64,000 nt of DNA from Eledone cirrhosa (GCA_964016885.1 OZ024741.1:159588001-159652000); one strand, 5' to 3'. Positions 43,497 to 58,851 are shown, counted from the stretch's first letter. Numbers and translations: made by a program. Notes: generated by a model not told the origin, from the sequence alone.

Positions 43497-46020
43497 TGAA
43501 ACCAAGCTCTAAGTTTTCGTCCAGGGCTTTTCTCAATACATAGTCGAGGCAGATGATAAAAATATATGGTGCAAGAGTATCCCCTTGGAGTACTCCTGCA
43601 ATGATGTCAAAGAAGTTGGTATCTCCATCAGGTGAGCGCACCATTGCGCGGGTGTTTTTATATAACATCATGATGGCATTTACTGTTTCCTTTGGCAAGC
43701 CGTGGCTAGAAGTATCTCTATCATCCTCCCACGATGGATGGAATCGAATGCTTTTAAAAAGTCAATAAACAGGAGAGTTGCTGGGAGGTTTTTGGCTTTT
43801 ACGCCTTCCAAGATACGCCGAATAGTAAGTATTTGCCCTGATGTTGATCTGTTGGTGCGGAAGCCATTTTGGTTTTTTCTCAGCAAGGGATCAATGACAG
43901 GTCTTATTCTGTCAAGCAACATGAGATTGTATATCTTTGCGGCAATTGCCATTAGTGTTATGCCACGGTAGTTTTTAGCCATTCCAAGATCGCCCTTTTT
44001 GGGAAACGGGAGTATACATCCCTCAGTCCATTTGTCTATGGGGTCTTGATTATAGACACCATTACACAACTCTAGTAGGATTGGATGAAATTCAGGTACC
44101 TTCCACAATTCAGCTGGGATCTCGTCGAGTTCACACGCTTTTCCGATACCAATACTGTAGTTCCTCTATAGTGAAAGGACCTTTCTGTATTTGGTGTTCC
44201 TCTGTAAAAACGGGTATTATTTCTTCTTCGATGATCTGTGGTGCTTTGCCAAGTAGGTTCTGAAAATGTTGTTGCCACAGTTTTAAACGTTCGTCTTGGC
44301 TGGAGGCTTTCAGTTTGGCTCTGTCACTACTTTTTCTACCACTAATTTCATTGACAGTTTTCCAGGCTTCAGCAGACCTCTTATTGCTGACAGTACTCGA
44401 GATATGATTGATCTTTCTCTGCATGTATTCGGCTGGCTCAATTTCATACTCACTTTTCAGTGCTGTACAAGCAGCATTGAAGTTACTAATGTTTTCTGGA
44501 TATCGTTGAGTGTCTTTCAATTCTGCAGCTTTTCGCAACTCTTTGCGCTTTTGGCGTATCCTCTCTGTTTCCCAGGGTTTTCGTTTTGTAACCTTGGGTT
44601 TTAAAGGGATGGTGTCGGCCGCTGACTCTTTGAATGCCATTTGAAAGTGGTTAAATGTAGAATTTGACGATTTTGTTGGCGCAGAGTCTTGTAGGGCAGC
44701 AAATCGGTTGCTCCGTTGGGTTACAAAGGTTTTGTAAGTCTCAGAATTGTTATTCAGAACTGCCCAGTTCTAAGGAGTAGCATTCGCAGATTTCTTTTTA
44801 TCCACTCGGAGACTTAATCGTATCTTGGCCGAGACAATGCGATGATCCGAGTCAACACTAACAAATGAGTCATATGCTCTGCAGTTTTTTGCGCTGTTCT
44901 TCCATTTTCGATTGATTATGATATAATACAGTTGTGTCTTGTCGCCATTTAGATATTTGTGTGTCCACCGCTGGCCTGGTCTTTTTTGGAATATGGCGTT
45001 CAGACATCGTACATTTTTTAAAGTAATCTTTTAGCATACAACCGTTTCTATTGGTTTGTGAGTGATATGAGAATTTGAATCCATCAAGCTGTCCTAGACG
45101 CGCGTTGAAGTCTCTGCCAATGATGAGAACATTATTTTTCGGGATTTGTCTAGTGAGTGATGTTAGTTCCATGTAAAACCTCTCTACTTCGGCCATGTCA
45201 CATACATTTGTTGGACTCACAAAGCGAAAGTGTATACGCCATGCAGTTCAGAAAATCACCGATGCTGACTATGCGGATGATTTAGCGGTCCTCGCTGACT
45301 ACCTTAAAGATGCAACATCACTACTTCACAGCATCGAATCAGTTGCAAAGGAAATCGGACTCTATGTCAACGCAGGCAAAACAGAATATATTTGCTTGAA
45401 CCAAGACTCCTCAGTTGGTATGCGAAGTCTAAACGGCGATATAATCAAGCAAGTTGACGACTTCAAATTCCTGGGTAGCTATATCGCCTCCACAGAACAT
45501 GATGTTAACATCAGACTGGGAAAAGCCTGGGGAGCATTGAATGCAATTTAAAAAATATAACCTGCCGGCCAAACTGAAAAGGAATTTCTTCAGAGCTGCT
45601 GTGGAATCTTTGCTTGTTTATGGCTCTATCACTTGGACGCTAACGTCGAAACTGGAGAAAAAGCTAGACGGGGCATACACACGTATTCTCCGTGCAGCTT
45701 TAAACGTATCTTGGAAGGAACACCCAACAAATAAGGATCTCTATGGCAATATACCACCTATCAGCAGGTCAATACGTGGACAGAGACTCAGATTTGCTGG
45801 CCAGTTGGCGCAGCAAGGAAGAGATAGCAGGTGATGTATTGTTATGGAGTTCATCTCATGGAGCAAGAAACGCTGGTCGTCCCAAGAAGACATATGCCAA
45901 GCAACTTGAGGACGATACTGGATGCAATGCGGAAGAACTGGCAAACGCTATGAGAGACAGAGATGGATGGAGGAAACGTGTCGTAGAGAGCCGAGCAAGC
46001 TCGACCTGATGATGATGATG

Positions 46021-46022
<2 letters not shown>
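43491..46022 (+). mobile_element. RTE-type LINE with 5' inversion
   Basis: Minus strand 43491-45217 has partial APE and RT motifs (KKGDLGMAKNYRGITL, FIDFLKAFDSI, GVLQGDTLAP). Plus strand 45216-46009 has DADYADDL through the C-terminus, then a (GAT)n tail. Confidence 0.92.
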
Positions 46023-46061
<39 letters not shown>

Positions 46062-46269
46062 GGGGGGGGGGGGGTTGTAAATTAAAATAGCATGATTTTG
46101 TTGGCTGTTACTAATAAAACCGTGGTATTTCCAGGTCGCTCAGCTGGTATTAGAGATTTTCCGACGGTGGTCAACATCTTGTATCAATATCTAACTATTA
46201 GATTTATTTCTGGCATCTCCCCATCATACAGATTTTGAGGAGGAGTGCATCATATCTGCGGAAGGAGCC

Positions 46270-46360
46270 CTGTGGTACGGTGTGGCTGATGCAGCGGATG
46301 TCGTCGGCTATTCTCCTCGGCGATGCCTTCGCCATCATGGCCACGAGGGGCGAGCTGAAA
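46270..46360 (+). pseudogene. CRE-like endonuclease C-terminal remnant
   Basis: EPCGTVWLMQRMSSAILLGDAFAIMAT resembles the L.QR.S.AI.RGNA motif of CRE-clade elements. Confidence 0.5.
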
Positions 46361-46480
46361 TATATTGCCTAGACTGGAATGTGAAATCTGCCGCTCTCTC
46401 CCCTTTTCCTTATTTGTAGTAATAGTAGTAGTAGTAGTAGTAGCAACAGCAGTAACAGCAGCAGCATCAGTAGTAGTAGT

Positions 46481-46534
<54 letters not shown>

Positions 46535-46933
46535 TCGTGGTAGAAGAAGAAGAAGAAGAAGAAGAAGAAGAAGAAGAAGAAGAAGAAGAAGAAGAAGAAG
46601 AAGAAGAAGAAGAAGAAGAAGAAGAAGAAGAAGAAAGACGATTCGATAAATTAGAAAAATAAGATAAAAGGGAATTAGAAAAAGAATGAGGGGACGATGA
46701 ATGAAGAGTGGCTACAAATGACAAAAGCTGTGTGGTAGGGGTGGTTAGGTGGGGTGTTGAAGTGTTGAGTGGATTTAGACACCTTCTGAATAGAGACCAA
46801 GTGGTGACACTTGTTCAGTGAAACTGACACCCTAACTCACATTATGTGACAACTAAGGGATCATATTTCATGACATCCAACCTTAAATCCTTATAATTGG
46901 CAGACAGACAGACAGACTACAGACGCACATGGA

Positions 46934-47014
<81 letters not shown>

Positions 47015-47079
47015 ACATATATATATATATATAAATATATATATATGAGCATATATATGTATGTGTGTGTGTACATATA

Positions 47080-47129
<50 letters not shown>

Positions 47130-47136
47130 TATATGT

Positions 47137-47229
<93 letters not shown>

Positions 47230-47634
47230 TACATACATATATGTATATATATATATATATAGGCAATCACGCACAAACAGAAACACACACACACACATAC
47301 ACCCCACCCATCCTCACCCACATCGACACACACATACACACACGTTGTCAAACGGTTTGCTCTGCTCCGTATGCACAGATGCATATGCATGAACTGCTTA
47401 CACAGCGTACTAAATACATACATACATACACACACATATATACATACATATATACATACATATATAGACATACATTCATACCTCCACCGACTTACACGTA
47501 AGCACACACATATATTTACATACATACATATATATATATATATACACACACACAAACAGCCATAATACTTCATGACGTATAACATATTCAAGTGTTAACT
47601 GACAAATTAAGTTAATTTTTGTCATCGCCGCTAC

Positions 47635-47671
<37 letters not shown>

Positions 47672-48206
47672 TTTGTTATTATTATTATTATTGATATTTT
47701 TACCAATATTATTATTGTTATTATTATTTGCCATATTGTTGTTGTTGCTATTATTGTTGTTGTTGTTGATGATGCCGTTACTGTTGTTATTATTACTGTT
47801 GTCATAGTTATTATTGTTTGTTTTGTTATTTTTATTGTTGTTGTTCTTACTGCTACTGTTGTTATTGTTGTTATTGTTGTTATTATTGGTGATATCACGT
47901 GGGTAGTAAATTGGCAGTTTCGTTAGGAGGTTTGTTCCGTCTCTTTACGTACTAAGTTCAAATCTACTCGAGGTCAAATTTGTCTTTCATTCTTCCGGGG
48001 TAAATATAATAAAGTACCAGTCATGTACTGAGGTAGATTCAAATGACTTTATCTCAAAAGTTCTGGCCTTGTGACTAAATTACAAACTTTTTTGTTGATA
48101 TCGTTATTGTTAAGATTTCGTTGTTGTTATCGTTATTGTTCTGTTTGGAACATCTTTGTGCTGGATCATAATATACTGGATCACAGCTGACATGAACACT
48201 GCGGTG

Positions 48207-48275
<69 letters not shown>

Positions 48276-49132
48276 AAACAACAACAATAACAAAAAGAAC
48301 AACACCAACAAGAGTAAAAAAAATTTGTAAGCAAGTTTCAAATATTTCACTTAATATTGGCGATATATTTTCAATAGTTGTTCGTGCGGGTTGCTTCTGA
48401 ACACACCGGTTTCCACACGTTATAAGAATGATTTTTTTTCATGGACGGTTTATCTCCGGATACCTCAACTTTTATTCATTTGAAATGGCAAAGAATGGCG
48501 GTGGTTTGGCAGCCAAAAATAGTTTTAAACGGCAAAGTTAGGTGGTGAATTGAGTCACTAGAGCCCAGGTAAACATTTTTTTTGCGGTATTTCTTCCGGC
48601 TCATTGGCTCTGCGTTCAAATTCTGCTGAGTTCAACTTTGCCTTTTATTCTTTCGAGATCGATAAAATAAAGTACTAGTCCACGACTAGCGTCGGATGAA
48701 ATGTCCTTTGGTATTTGGCGTTTTTTTTCTTAGTTCAAATTACTATGGCCTCTTTGGATGACAGATTTAAACTATCTTCTAGTTGAAAACCACCACATGG
48801 CCCCGGTGAGCATTTAACCGAGTTTACTCTGTTGCAGACATTCTGGCTCAGTCTCCGGCTAGGAAATACCTCTATTCTTTCTCCAACTAATCTCAGAGAC
48901 CCTTAAAAGGTTCAGGAACACTGTCTAGCCCACCCTAACTAATCACAAACAAACATTTTCAAGGTAAAAAATAAATTATTTTGTTTAATATATGTTTCAT
49001 TAATTCAGTGTTTTACAACAAATTATTTTTTGCTAAAACATTCGATTATTAAATCTTACCAACTACCAGTGAAGTCATTCTTTTCGTTTTTCAAATATAA
49101 AATTCTGTGTCAATATTTTCCTAATTAACCAC

Positions 49133-49612
49133 GGCATACGTTAAGACGGGCGTTCCGGAAAGTGAAAGTAATTTCTGACAACATTGTGAATTTTTTTTTA
49201 TTTTTTTACAGTGAAAGTTATGATACACACGCAATTGTATGGATATCTTAATATATATATATATGTGTGGGTGTGTATATGTGTGTATATATGTGTGTAC
49301 ACTGTGAATTTTTTGTTTATTTACAACAGGTCTCTATAGTGATATGGTGTTAATTAGTATTGCGTGTGTGATTATTTTTTCTTTTTCTTTTTTTGTGTAT
49401 TGTGTGTACGGAAAATTTTTTTTTTAAATATATACATACAGACACACATATATATACACACATATACACACCCACACATATATATATATATTAAGAACTC
49501 CATACAATTGCGTGTGTATCGTAACTTTCACTGTAAAAAAAAACAAAAAACAAATTCACAGTGTTGTCAGAAATTACTTTCACTTTCCGGAACGCCCGTC
49601 TTAACGTATGTC
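49133..49612. mobile_element. Mutator-like (MULE) MITE
   Basis: About 165-bp TIRs starting GGCATACGTTAAGACGGG. Perfect 9-bp TSD ATTAACCAC at 49124-49132 and 49613-49621. Confidence 0.88.
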
Positions 49613-50769
49613 ATTAACCACTATATATATGTATATACTTTGTGGGTTACTGGAGGTGAGGTACCAATATATAATATTGGGTATGAATCGAAGTTAAAGA
49701 CACAATAAAACAGGTACTAATCGAATTGTTTGAGGCAATCACAAAGCACTCAATGGAATGAGAAGTTAATACATTATCGTCCAGAGTAAACACACAAATT
49801 CATAAAGTGTGACACCAAGAAAAATGACCAAAGGCTGTGGCCATACTTATACCACAACAGTGATAAATACAAATTGGGTGAAGATTAACCTGGACCATCT
49901 AGAGTCGATTAGAATCGATAGAAATCGATAAAAGTCTTCGATACGTTTCTGGGAGCTCTGGAAGCTACAAGAAAAGTTGCATAATGCATATGCAATTCAT
50001 GTATGCATTTCCACGATGGAACTGGAGCTCCCGTCTTCTAGTAGGTAAATATATCCAAGGTATAGAGTAACTCAAGACCATAGGGCGAGTTTTAATATAA
50101 TTATAAAGGCCAGTTATTACAACGGCGTCATACCAGGTACGTACGTTTTGTTAGCCCTTGCGACCAACTTATTCAACCTGTGCCGACGAAGCGAAAAATG
50201 TTTACTCAGAAAAGATATACAGAACAAAGAGAGAAAGGACTCAAATCTAGATGGTCTAGTGGGGACAATTTGACCGAAAACACGGGAGCAAACGTTAAAT
50301 GAGCTAATAATTATGGTTGGGCTAGAAAAAAAAATGATAGATTAAGAAAGATGTAAAACAATATTAAGGAAGCCAGTTCTTCAAAAAGTACTTAGGAACT
50401 TGAGAACCTTTGTGGGCTATATATATGTCTATAGGTAATAGAAAATTCCAGAGTAGACACATAGTTATTCGCTTCAATACAACACACGTAAATGGGTACC
50501 TTCAATTTATACCCGTACTCGAGTTTCTTCCACACTTAATGCAGCAATAGAGTGCACAGCATCCACTGCTTGCATTTATTATGCAACAATGCACAATCGG
50601 CGCATATGGCTTCATCAGCGGGTTTCGCCTAATCAATGGACAATCGGCTATGACAGCGAATGCGATGGTCAACACAGTAAAACATCAGCAACTGAAATCC
50701 CTATGCGTCATCACAATGCCGTCGACCGATTGGCTACCTACATCTGTTTATATGTATATATATGCATAC

Positions 50770-50800
<31 letters not shown>

Positions 50801-51932
50801 TGTATGTATGTATGTATGTATGTATGTATGTATGTATGTATGTGCAGTATATCGGGTCACTCTTGAGTGCTACTGGTAACATGTAACATGGTCGGGTCGT
50901 CGGCGACTAAACCGACAACCCCACCAAGTTTACTTGGTGAGGAGGGTGATTTTGGACAGCCTGTAGGGCAAAAAACAAAACCTGTTAAAGGGCGGAAGAA
51001 CTCATAAGAGTCAACGGCCATCTAAAAATATGTAAATATGTATATACACATGTACATATGTATGTATATGTATATATGTATATGTGCATGTGTATGTATA
51101 TGCGCGGGGACATAGAAATAGTCGGGCTGGATACCCGAGCGTGCGGTAAAAGCACTGGAAGTAAAGGATCCTTAGCCTTTGTCAGGGCATTCTTCTAGGA
51201 GAAGGCAACTCAGGAAACTGGGATAACTCCGACATAAAACCTGCGGATCAGTAGTTACCGATGATGTTGATCTTTTCTTAATTTCGGGTTATAGCTACTG
51301 TCGCTCAGAGAGTGGGATTGGCTCAGTGCACAGTCTTTCCTCACTTTAAAAAATATCTTCACGCCCAGGCATTGTAAGATAGAATTAATTAATAATCATT
51401 AATACTGGTATATCATGCAATGGCCATACTCGATAACGAGGGGGCAGCCATCATGTATGTATGTATGAATGTATGTTTGTATATATATATATATATTTGT
51501 GTGCATGTCTGTCTGTGTGTGTGTGTTTTAGCAACCGTGTCCAGGAATTTTGATTCGTTCAGGAGTATTCGAATAAACCCACTCAGGAGATAGTTTAAGT
51601 TGAGCTTCATAAGGAAAGAAAATGTTCAAAAATATAAATAAGCAAATATAAAACATAAAATACATTTTTACACATACATTTTCTCTCTCCCAACACCCCC
51701 ACCCCCCAAAAAAGAAGAAGAAATGTTTGTTTTTCGAAATACAGAGCTAATTTAGATTATTGTTCTAAACGAGTTATTTTTCTAATCAGTAGCATGTTCC
51801 AATATATATTGCAATGCTTGGGGGTTTGGAAAATGTTGTTTTCTATCTGCAATGAAAAAGAAAAGTTGTGTCCCTATGCAAACCTTCAGCTACCTAGGTA
51901 CAAAAATGTGGCCTACAGTGTAGAACATGCTG

Positions 51933-52002
<70 letters not shown>

Positions 52003-52225
52003 CTCTATCAGACGTGTGTAACTTCGCGGAGAAGTTTCCGTTAATTTATGTAAGAAAAAAACGTGAGTTTTTAGTTAAATTTTATATCATTGTGTAACTT
52101 GACCACCCGTCTGGACCTTCAGGTGGTGGGTCAACTCATTTTCACCCCTACAGGGCGGAATATCCATTTAAAAAATTTTTCTCCATCGAATCTTGGAAAA
52201 AATATTGTAAAATTTTGATTACGTT

Positions 52226-53430
52226 ATGAACGCTGCGTCCAACGATAATGGTGGTGGAGAGGCGGTAAGACTACAAAGATCGCAGTCAACAACGTCTTCT
52301 TCACTAGATACTATAGAGATGGAAAGACAAAATGAAAATAAAAAAACGAATTCATATCCAAACAACACAAATGACACCAAACAGTTCAATGACAACAAAA
52401 ATAACAGCAAAACCAATAATGATGATAAAAGCAACAATGATAACAACAACAAAGAAAAAAATAAAGACAACACCAATAACACCAGCATCAAAGACAACAA
52501 CAACACCAAGGAAAATACGGATGATACCAACATCGGTGACAACAAGCATAACAACAAGAATAACAACAATAATGACAACACCACCAATACGGATTCCACA
52601 AAGAAACCAAAAATTTCCTTTGCAGAGAAAGTTCAAAAGAAGGAAGAATTGATATATCTCGACATAACAAATGCTGAACAACTTTTAAAGGACGCTAGGA
52701 GATAAAAAATGGTGCTTTCAGCATCAATTCTCCGGTAGAAATTCGCAAGGAAACTGCTCTCAAAACGATGGTTTTTAGGACAGTTTCCAATTCTACCCGA
52801 AAACCAGTCCAATTGTCACAGAAAGAAATTGAACTGGTTTTCAAAAATTCAATGAATGATATTGCATTCATTCAAAGAAGCAAACTTTTTGAGAGTATTT
52901 CGGTACTCGTGAAGGATCAATTGACGGCCCAAAACTACTCTGTGTCGCCAATTGTATCCATCCTGTACACCTTTTTCCCTACATACATGGGAAAAAGGAC
53001 ACAAAAGATCAGAATCACGAGTGTCACACCAAAGGTGAACATATGGTGGATACTGTGCGGCTTCATCAATTTTGATGAAGACAGAATACTGTCAGTAGGC
53101 AAGTCCCCCAGAGATGTATTCAATGGGACTAGCATTGAAGTTCTGGTGCAAATGAGCCCAGAGCGAATAGCTATGATCCCACAGCGTGTACTCCTGGACG
53201 GACTCACCTACATAAACTTTTCGGTTGAGGGTAGGCGGCCTTCATGTTACCATTGCTTTAGCAGGGGTCACCTGAGTTCTTCCTGTCCTAAATTAATGAA
53301 CAAAAAAAAAGGCTCTTCTGCCGACACCCATCAAAACAACACAACCACCAACACCACCACCACAACAACAACACCAACACACAAAAATAACCACAACAAA
53401 CACAGTCCCATCCAACCCCATCTTCGATGA
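52226..53430 (+). pseudogene. Tx1 ORF1 (gag-like, CCHC knuckle), interrupted
   Basis: ISFAEKV motif and VEGRRPSCYHCFSRGHLSSSCP. Stop at about 52703. Confidence 0.82.
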
Positions 53431-56400
53431 CTTTGAGATCTACGCATCTCTCTGTCAACCGGGGGGTGGGGGCGGAGTTGCCGTTTTGCTTCGGAAACAC
53501 TTGCGCCTCGTAACACAGACGGTACATCTGGACCCGGAGGGTCGACTGGTGGTCCTAGACGTTGACGGTAGCGAAGGTGGAGCCTTCAGGCTGGTGGCCG
53601 CATATGCTCCATCCGGGCCACCGCGGCCAGACTTCTTCAAACGTCTAGAGACTTTTCTGGGAACGTCCCGCTCCTTGCTTTTAGTGGGGGACTGGAATGG
53701 AATCCTAGATGCACGTTGGGACTATGTGGGAGCATGTCCCGATAAAGGGGGGTGTAACTGCCTCAAACAGTTAATCGACCGATTTGACCTGGCCGATAGA
53801 TATCGACTAGATTTTCCGACTGCGCCACTGTAGACGTGGAGTAATCGCAGCGGAACATCTAGATCGTACCTAGATAGGGTTCTAGTTAGAAATAAGGATA
53901 GGGTCATGTTAAGCTGTCCACAAATGTTCATGGTTGCCTATTCAGATCACAAACTAGTGACCTGCATGGCCAACCTTGATAGAACCCATAGACAAGGACC
54001 CGGCTACTGGAAGCTGAACTTGTCGTTACCGACAAGCAAAGCCTACAGTAGACGGATTAGCACTTTAGTTAAACAGCACTTGACAGGGGCCATTGTCAAC
54101 AACAGATAGTGGTACTCTCTCAAGAGGGCAGTTAGATTAGACTCGATAGTTTTTAGTAAAGAATTAGCGTTAGATAGAAATAGAACCGAGAAGGAACTGG
54201 TAGATAAAGTAGAAGAGGCAATTAAAAGTGGCAACGTAGCCAGCGTGCTAGCAACGAGAACGGCCTTGGACCAGTTCTTCGACGCAAAGAACGAGGGCTG
54301 CGTTGTCAGAAGCAAAATACGTGCTCTGGGAAACGAGGGAGCCAAAGCTGTTAGCTGGGCCCGAGTGACGGAGGCAAAAAGTGGCAACAAGTCCACGATT
54401 CAGTCTTTGAAGGACCAAAACGGACGCATGATACGTGAGCCGAAGCAGATGTGTGCGGCTTTTCAGCGGCACTTTGCTCGGCTGTTCGGGGGGAGCGGCG
54501 CGCCGGGAGAGGCTATGGATTTCGGTCCATACCTCGACAGCCTACCGCGACTCTTGGACAGCGAGGCAAAGTTCTGCGAAAAGCCGATTTCAGCCACTGA
54601 GATAGGGGACGCGCTGAGCCAATGCGGCAAACGCAAATCTCCAGGTCTCGACGGTCTACCCTATGAATTTTACGTAGCAATGCCGGACTTATTCTCCGGT
54701 CTCCTGGAAGCGGTCTACTGCAACTGGCAACAGAACGGGAGAATTCCCAGTTCTGTAACCGGGGGCGTGGTCACACTAATCAGGAAGGACGAGAATAAGG
54801 GGGATGACATAGGCAACTTCCGGCCCATAACTCTGCTAAACACAGAGTTACAGATTTTGGCCAAGGTGTTGGCAAAGAGGCTGGCGCTTGTCGTCGAGAA
54901 CCTGGTGGGAGAAGCGCAGACATGCGCAATCCCGACCAGGTCCATACACGACAACCTCCACCTCATGCGATACATCATAGAGAGGGTAGGGTGTAAACCC
55001 GGCTTCGGTGGGGCCCTGATCAACTTGGATCAGTCTAAGGCTTTCGATAGGGTTGACCATCGTTACCTGGATGCGGTGCTCGAGGCAGCAGGTTTCGAAC
55101 CCGTGTTCAGGGGCTGGATTGCTGCAATGCACAACAGCAACATCTGCTCAAGGGTCAAGGTGAACGGCTATCTCTCGGAGCCGTTCCATATTACGCGATC
55201 CATTCGACAGGGATGCCCTCTCTCCTCCCTTCTGTACGTACTGACTCTCGAGCCACTACTGCGGAAGCTGGAGCTATTGCAGGGCATCCCTCTGGAACCG
55301 GGACTGCGAAAAGCGGCGTCGGCCTACGCCGACGACGTGCCAGTAATGGTGTCGAGCGCCTCGCAAATCGAGGAAGTCGGCACCTTACTGAAGGAATACG
55401 AAAGTCTCACAGGAGCGAAGCTGAACCGGGACAAGTCCATCGGTTTGCAACTCGGATCGTGGAGAAGCAGACCGATGCCTTCCGATGGCGTCGTCGAACG
55501 CTGGACGGAAGGACTGGTAAAGCTGCTCGGGGTCTGGTTTGGTCCGGACCTCCAGGTGGAGAAGAACTGGAACGAAGTGACGGCCAAGGTGTTTGCACAC
55601 ACCCAGAAGTGGGCCGAGTGCAAACTATCCTTGAAAGGTCGAGCGGAGGTGGCGAACACTTTTATAGCGTCCGCCATCTACTACCGCTTGACCGTCGTGC
55701 CTTGTCCAGCCAAAACGCTCGCCAAAATGGAACGCGCGCTCTTCCGATTCCTTTGGAAGAGGCGGGCTCCTTTGGTGAGAAGATCCATCTGCTGCCAACA
55801 CCCTTATAACGGAGGGCTGGGAATGCCGTGGTTGACGATGCGCAAACACGCGCTCAGGCTGCGGTATCTCTACGTATTCCTCACCGGACAACCGGTGTGG
55901 GCCCCGTTCGTGAGGCGAGCCTTCCCACGACTCGTCTCGCTGACCGAGCTGCAGTCCTGGGTCAAGCAAAGACCGAGGAAAATGGGCGACTGACACATCG
56001 AATGTGCTCAGGCACTCACAGCCCTCTGGCAGGCGGACACGGCGATCAGTGGAGACTCCACTTCGTCATTCTATAGAGGGTTGGTCCGCAGCAAGTGCGA
56101 CGACGTGCTCGATGAAACTCTAGGCGTAGAGGAAGATGAACTGGCCTGCCTGTTCGGTAGGACCTTCCGCCCGGGACCGATGGACAACTTCCAAAAGTCC
56201 CTGGCCTGGCAGTGCTACCGAGGAGCTCTACCAGTTCGAGACAAGCTCTACAGACATGGGCGCCCGGGCAGGGACCCTGCAAAAAAGATCTGTCCGAGGT
56301 GCGTGCGAGACGAAGAAACCGTCGCGCACGCATTCATACACTGCCCGGGCGTCACTGACTAGGTAGAACGACTATTGTCGCGGGTGGGACCAATCCAGTT

Positions 56401-56660
56401 GACCACCGAGTCCATTGTCATGATCAAACCGCCACCCTCCTTCAATGGCGAAAGAGGTTGTATGGTGGACAAGGTTGAAAGGGTTGAGGTCAGACACCTT
56501 TCTCTCCGGCCAACAACTGATTCTTTTTTTCAAATACCACTTTGGAAGAAGAATCAGGATGGAGAGAGAGGTGCTGTACCCCAGCAAGTTTTATGAAAGG
56601 TGGGTGAAAGTGGCGAGAATGGCCCGAGTGAATGGGCCTTCTCTCTATATCAGCCTGTAG
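53431..56660 (+). pseudogene. Tx1 ORF2 (APE endonuclease lacking N-terminus, RT, C-terminal zinc motif)
   Basis: AYAPS, LVGDWN, YLDRVL, SDHKLV, GYWKLN, KSPGLDGLPYEFY, RPITLLN, LDQSKAFDRVDH, RQGCPLS, YADD and CPRC..ETVAHAFIHC, with several stops. Confidence 0.93.
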
Positions 56661-57347
56661 GTTGAGGAAAAGAAGGAGGAGAGGAAGGGAGTACAAGCTC
56701 TTCGTACTCCTGGAGATGAGGGCTGCACATTTTTTTTCGGGGGTATGTGTTACCCATATAAACTGTCTCCCTCTATTGGGGAAAATCGACTAACTTTTTA
56801 AATTCCATTTGTGATAACATTTTACACGTTTTTATTGTATGTAAACTTCCCCCTTTGTATTTGTCCCCTTCTTTTGTGCCCCTGTGGCTAATAAAGAAAT
56901 ATATCTATCTATCTATCTACCTATCTTTCTTTCTATCTATACATACATATATATGCATACATATATATATATATATATACATACATATATACATACATAT
57001 GTATACCTATATATACATACTTATATATACATACATATATATGCGTATATATACATATATACAAATGTATCTTTCTATATATCCATACATATATATGCAT
57101 ACATATATACACATATATACATACATATATACATACATATATACATACATATATATATATATATACATATATACATATATATACATACATCCACACATCC
57201 ACACATATTTATATGCATATATACATACATGCATACATACGTACATGCACACACACACACATATATATTGGGTTGTCAAGTATGAAATTTCTAGAAATTT
57301 GTTCTTTTTTTACAAATTTCTACAAATTACAAACTTGGCGACCCAAT

Positions 57348-57380
<33 letters not shown>

Positions 57381-58084
57381 CATATTGATACATACATACG
57401 CACATACATACACACATACAAACACACACACATATATATATATGTACATATACATACATTTATGGTGACTTATCAAAGGCAGAAGTGTGTAAAATAAAGA
57501 AACCCACGGTTATAAGATTAAATGGACGGTAAACCATAAGGTTATCAATACGAAGGGGAGGAGGGGGAGAGAAAGGGACTGAGGAAGAGTGGGAGAGAGG
57601 CTTAGTGGGAGTGAAAGAGGTGGAGGGAGAGGGAGAAAGGGAGAGGCTGAGGTAAGTCGAGAATGAAACTGTGTGTGTGAGGGGCGGAAAGAGAGAGAGA
57701 GAGAGAGAAAGCGCGCGCGCGAGAGAGAGAGGGAGAGGGAGGGAGGGGGAGCGAGAGAGAGAGGGGGAGGGAGGGGGAGAGAGAGAGGCGGAGAGAGAGA
57801 GAGAGAAAGAATTTGTCATTGTATACATGTGTGCGTGTGCGTATATAATGTGAATGTTTTGGTTGCCAACACTGTGCAAGACATTTTAGATCATTGGCTG
57901 GGTTAAAAAGTCACATTCGATCGCAGCGCTGTTAATTGATATCGTGTGTGTGTATGTGTATGTGTGTGTGTGTAGATATGTTTATGTTTATGTGTGTGTA
58001 TATATATATATGTATATTATTATTGTTGTTGTTGTTATTATTGTCGTTATTGTTATTATTGTTGTTATTGTCATCATTATCATT

Positions 58085-58258
58085 AGGGTCGGACGCCATG
58101 CTTTGACGCATAGAGTTACGGCCCTTGCCATTCTGAGTTCAAATCCCGCCGAGGTTAACTTTGCCTTTCATCCTTACGGGGTCGATAAAATAAAGTACCA
58201 GTCATGTACTGGTTATTTGTTGGCCTTGTGCCAATAGTAAAAACAATTATTATTATTA
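58085..58258 (+). mobile_element. 5'-truncated main-family SINE
   Basis: B box, family body and ATT tail. Confidence 0.88.
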
Positions 58259-58622
58259 TGATTTTTATTTTATTTTATTTTTTTTCTTGCAATGGCCATA
58301 CTCGATAACGAGGGGGAAGCCATCATATATGTATGTGTATATGTGTTGGCGTTTGAGTTGTTGTGTTCTAGTGTCACGTGGTCCCTCTAGATTTATAATG
58401 TCTGACGTATTGTTGTCAATGTAACTTTGTTAAGAGGCCGATCAGTTTGGAAGAGTCAACACCATCACAACCATTATCACCACCACCAATACCACTATAA
58501 TAACCATTACCATCACCATCGCTAAATGTGTATATACGTACATACACATATACACACGTACATACATACATGCATACACACATGCATACACACATGCATA
58601 CGTACATGCATACGTATATAAT

Positions 58623-58712
<90 letters not shown>

Positions 58713-58851
58713 ATACATTGATACTCATATACGTGCATACACATTTATACACAAATACATAGTATTTGCATATATGTATGTATATGAATATGTATATGTA
58801 TACCATCATCGACCTAGCTGTATGTATATGTATATGTAACTGTGTATATAT

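Larger units (their letters stand above)
52009..56925 (+). mobile_element. Near full-length Tx1-clade LINE in (TATC)n
   Basis: 5' UTR, ORF1, APE-RT-zinc finger ORF2 and 3' UTR with AATAAA. (TATC)n on both sides. Confidence 0.93.

Noticed and set aside
48825-48915. Possible host exon after TGTTGCAG
   Set aside because: All three plus-strand frames hit stops, and no recognisable protein is encoded.
50850-51400. Possible RTE 5' UTR with HDV-like ribozyme
   Set aside because: I could not assign the nested double pseudoknot by eye, and no linked ORF follows.
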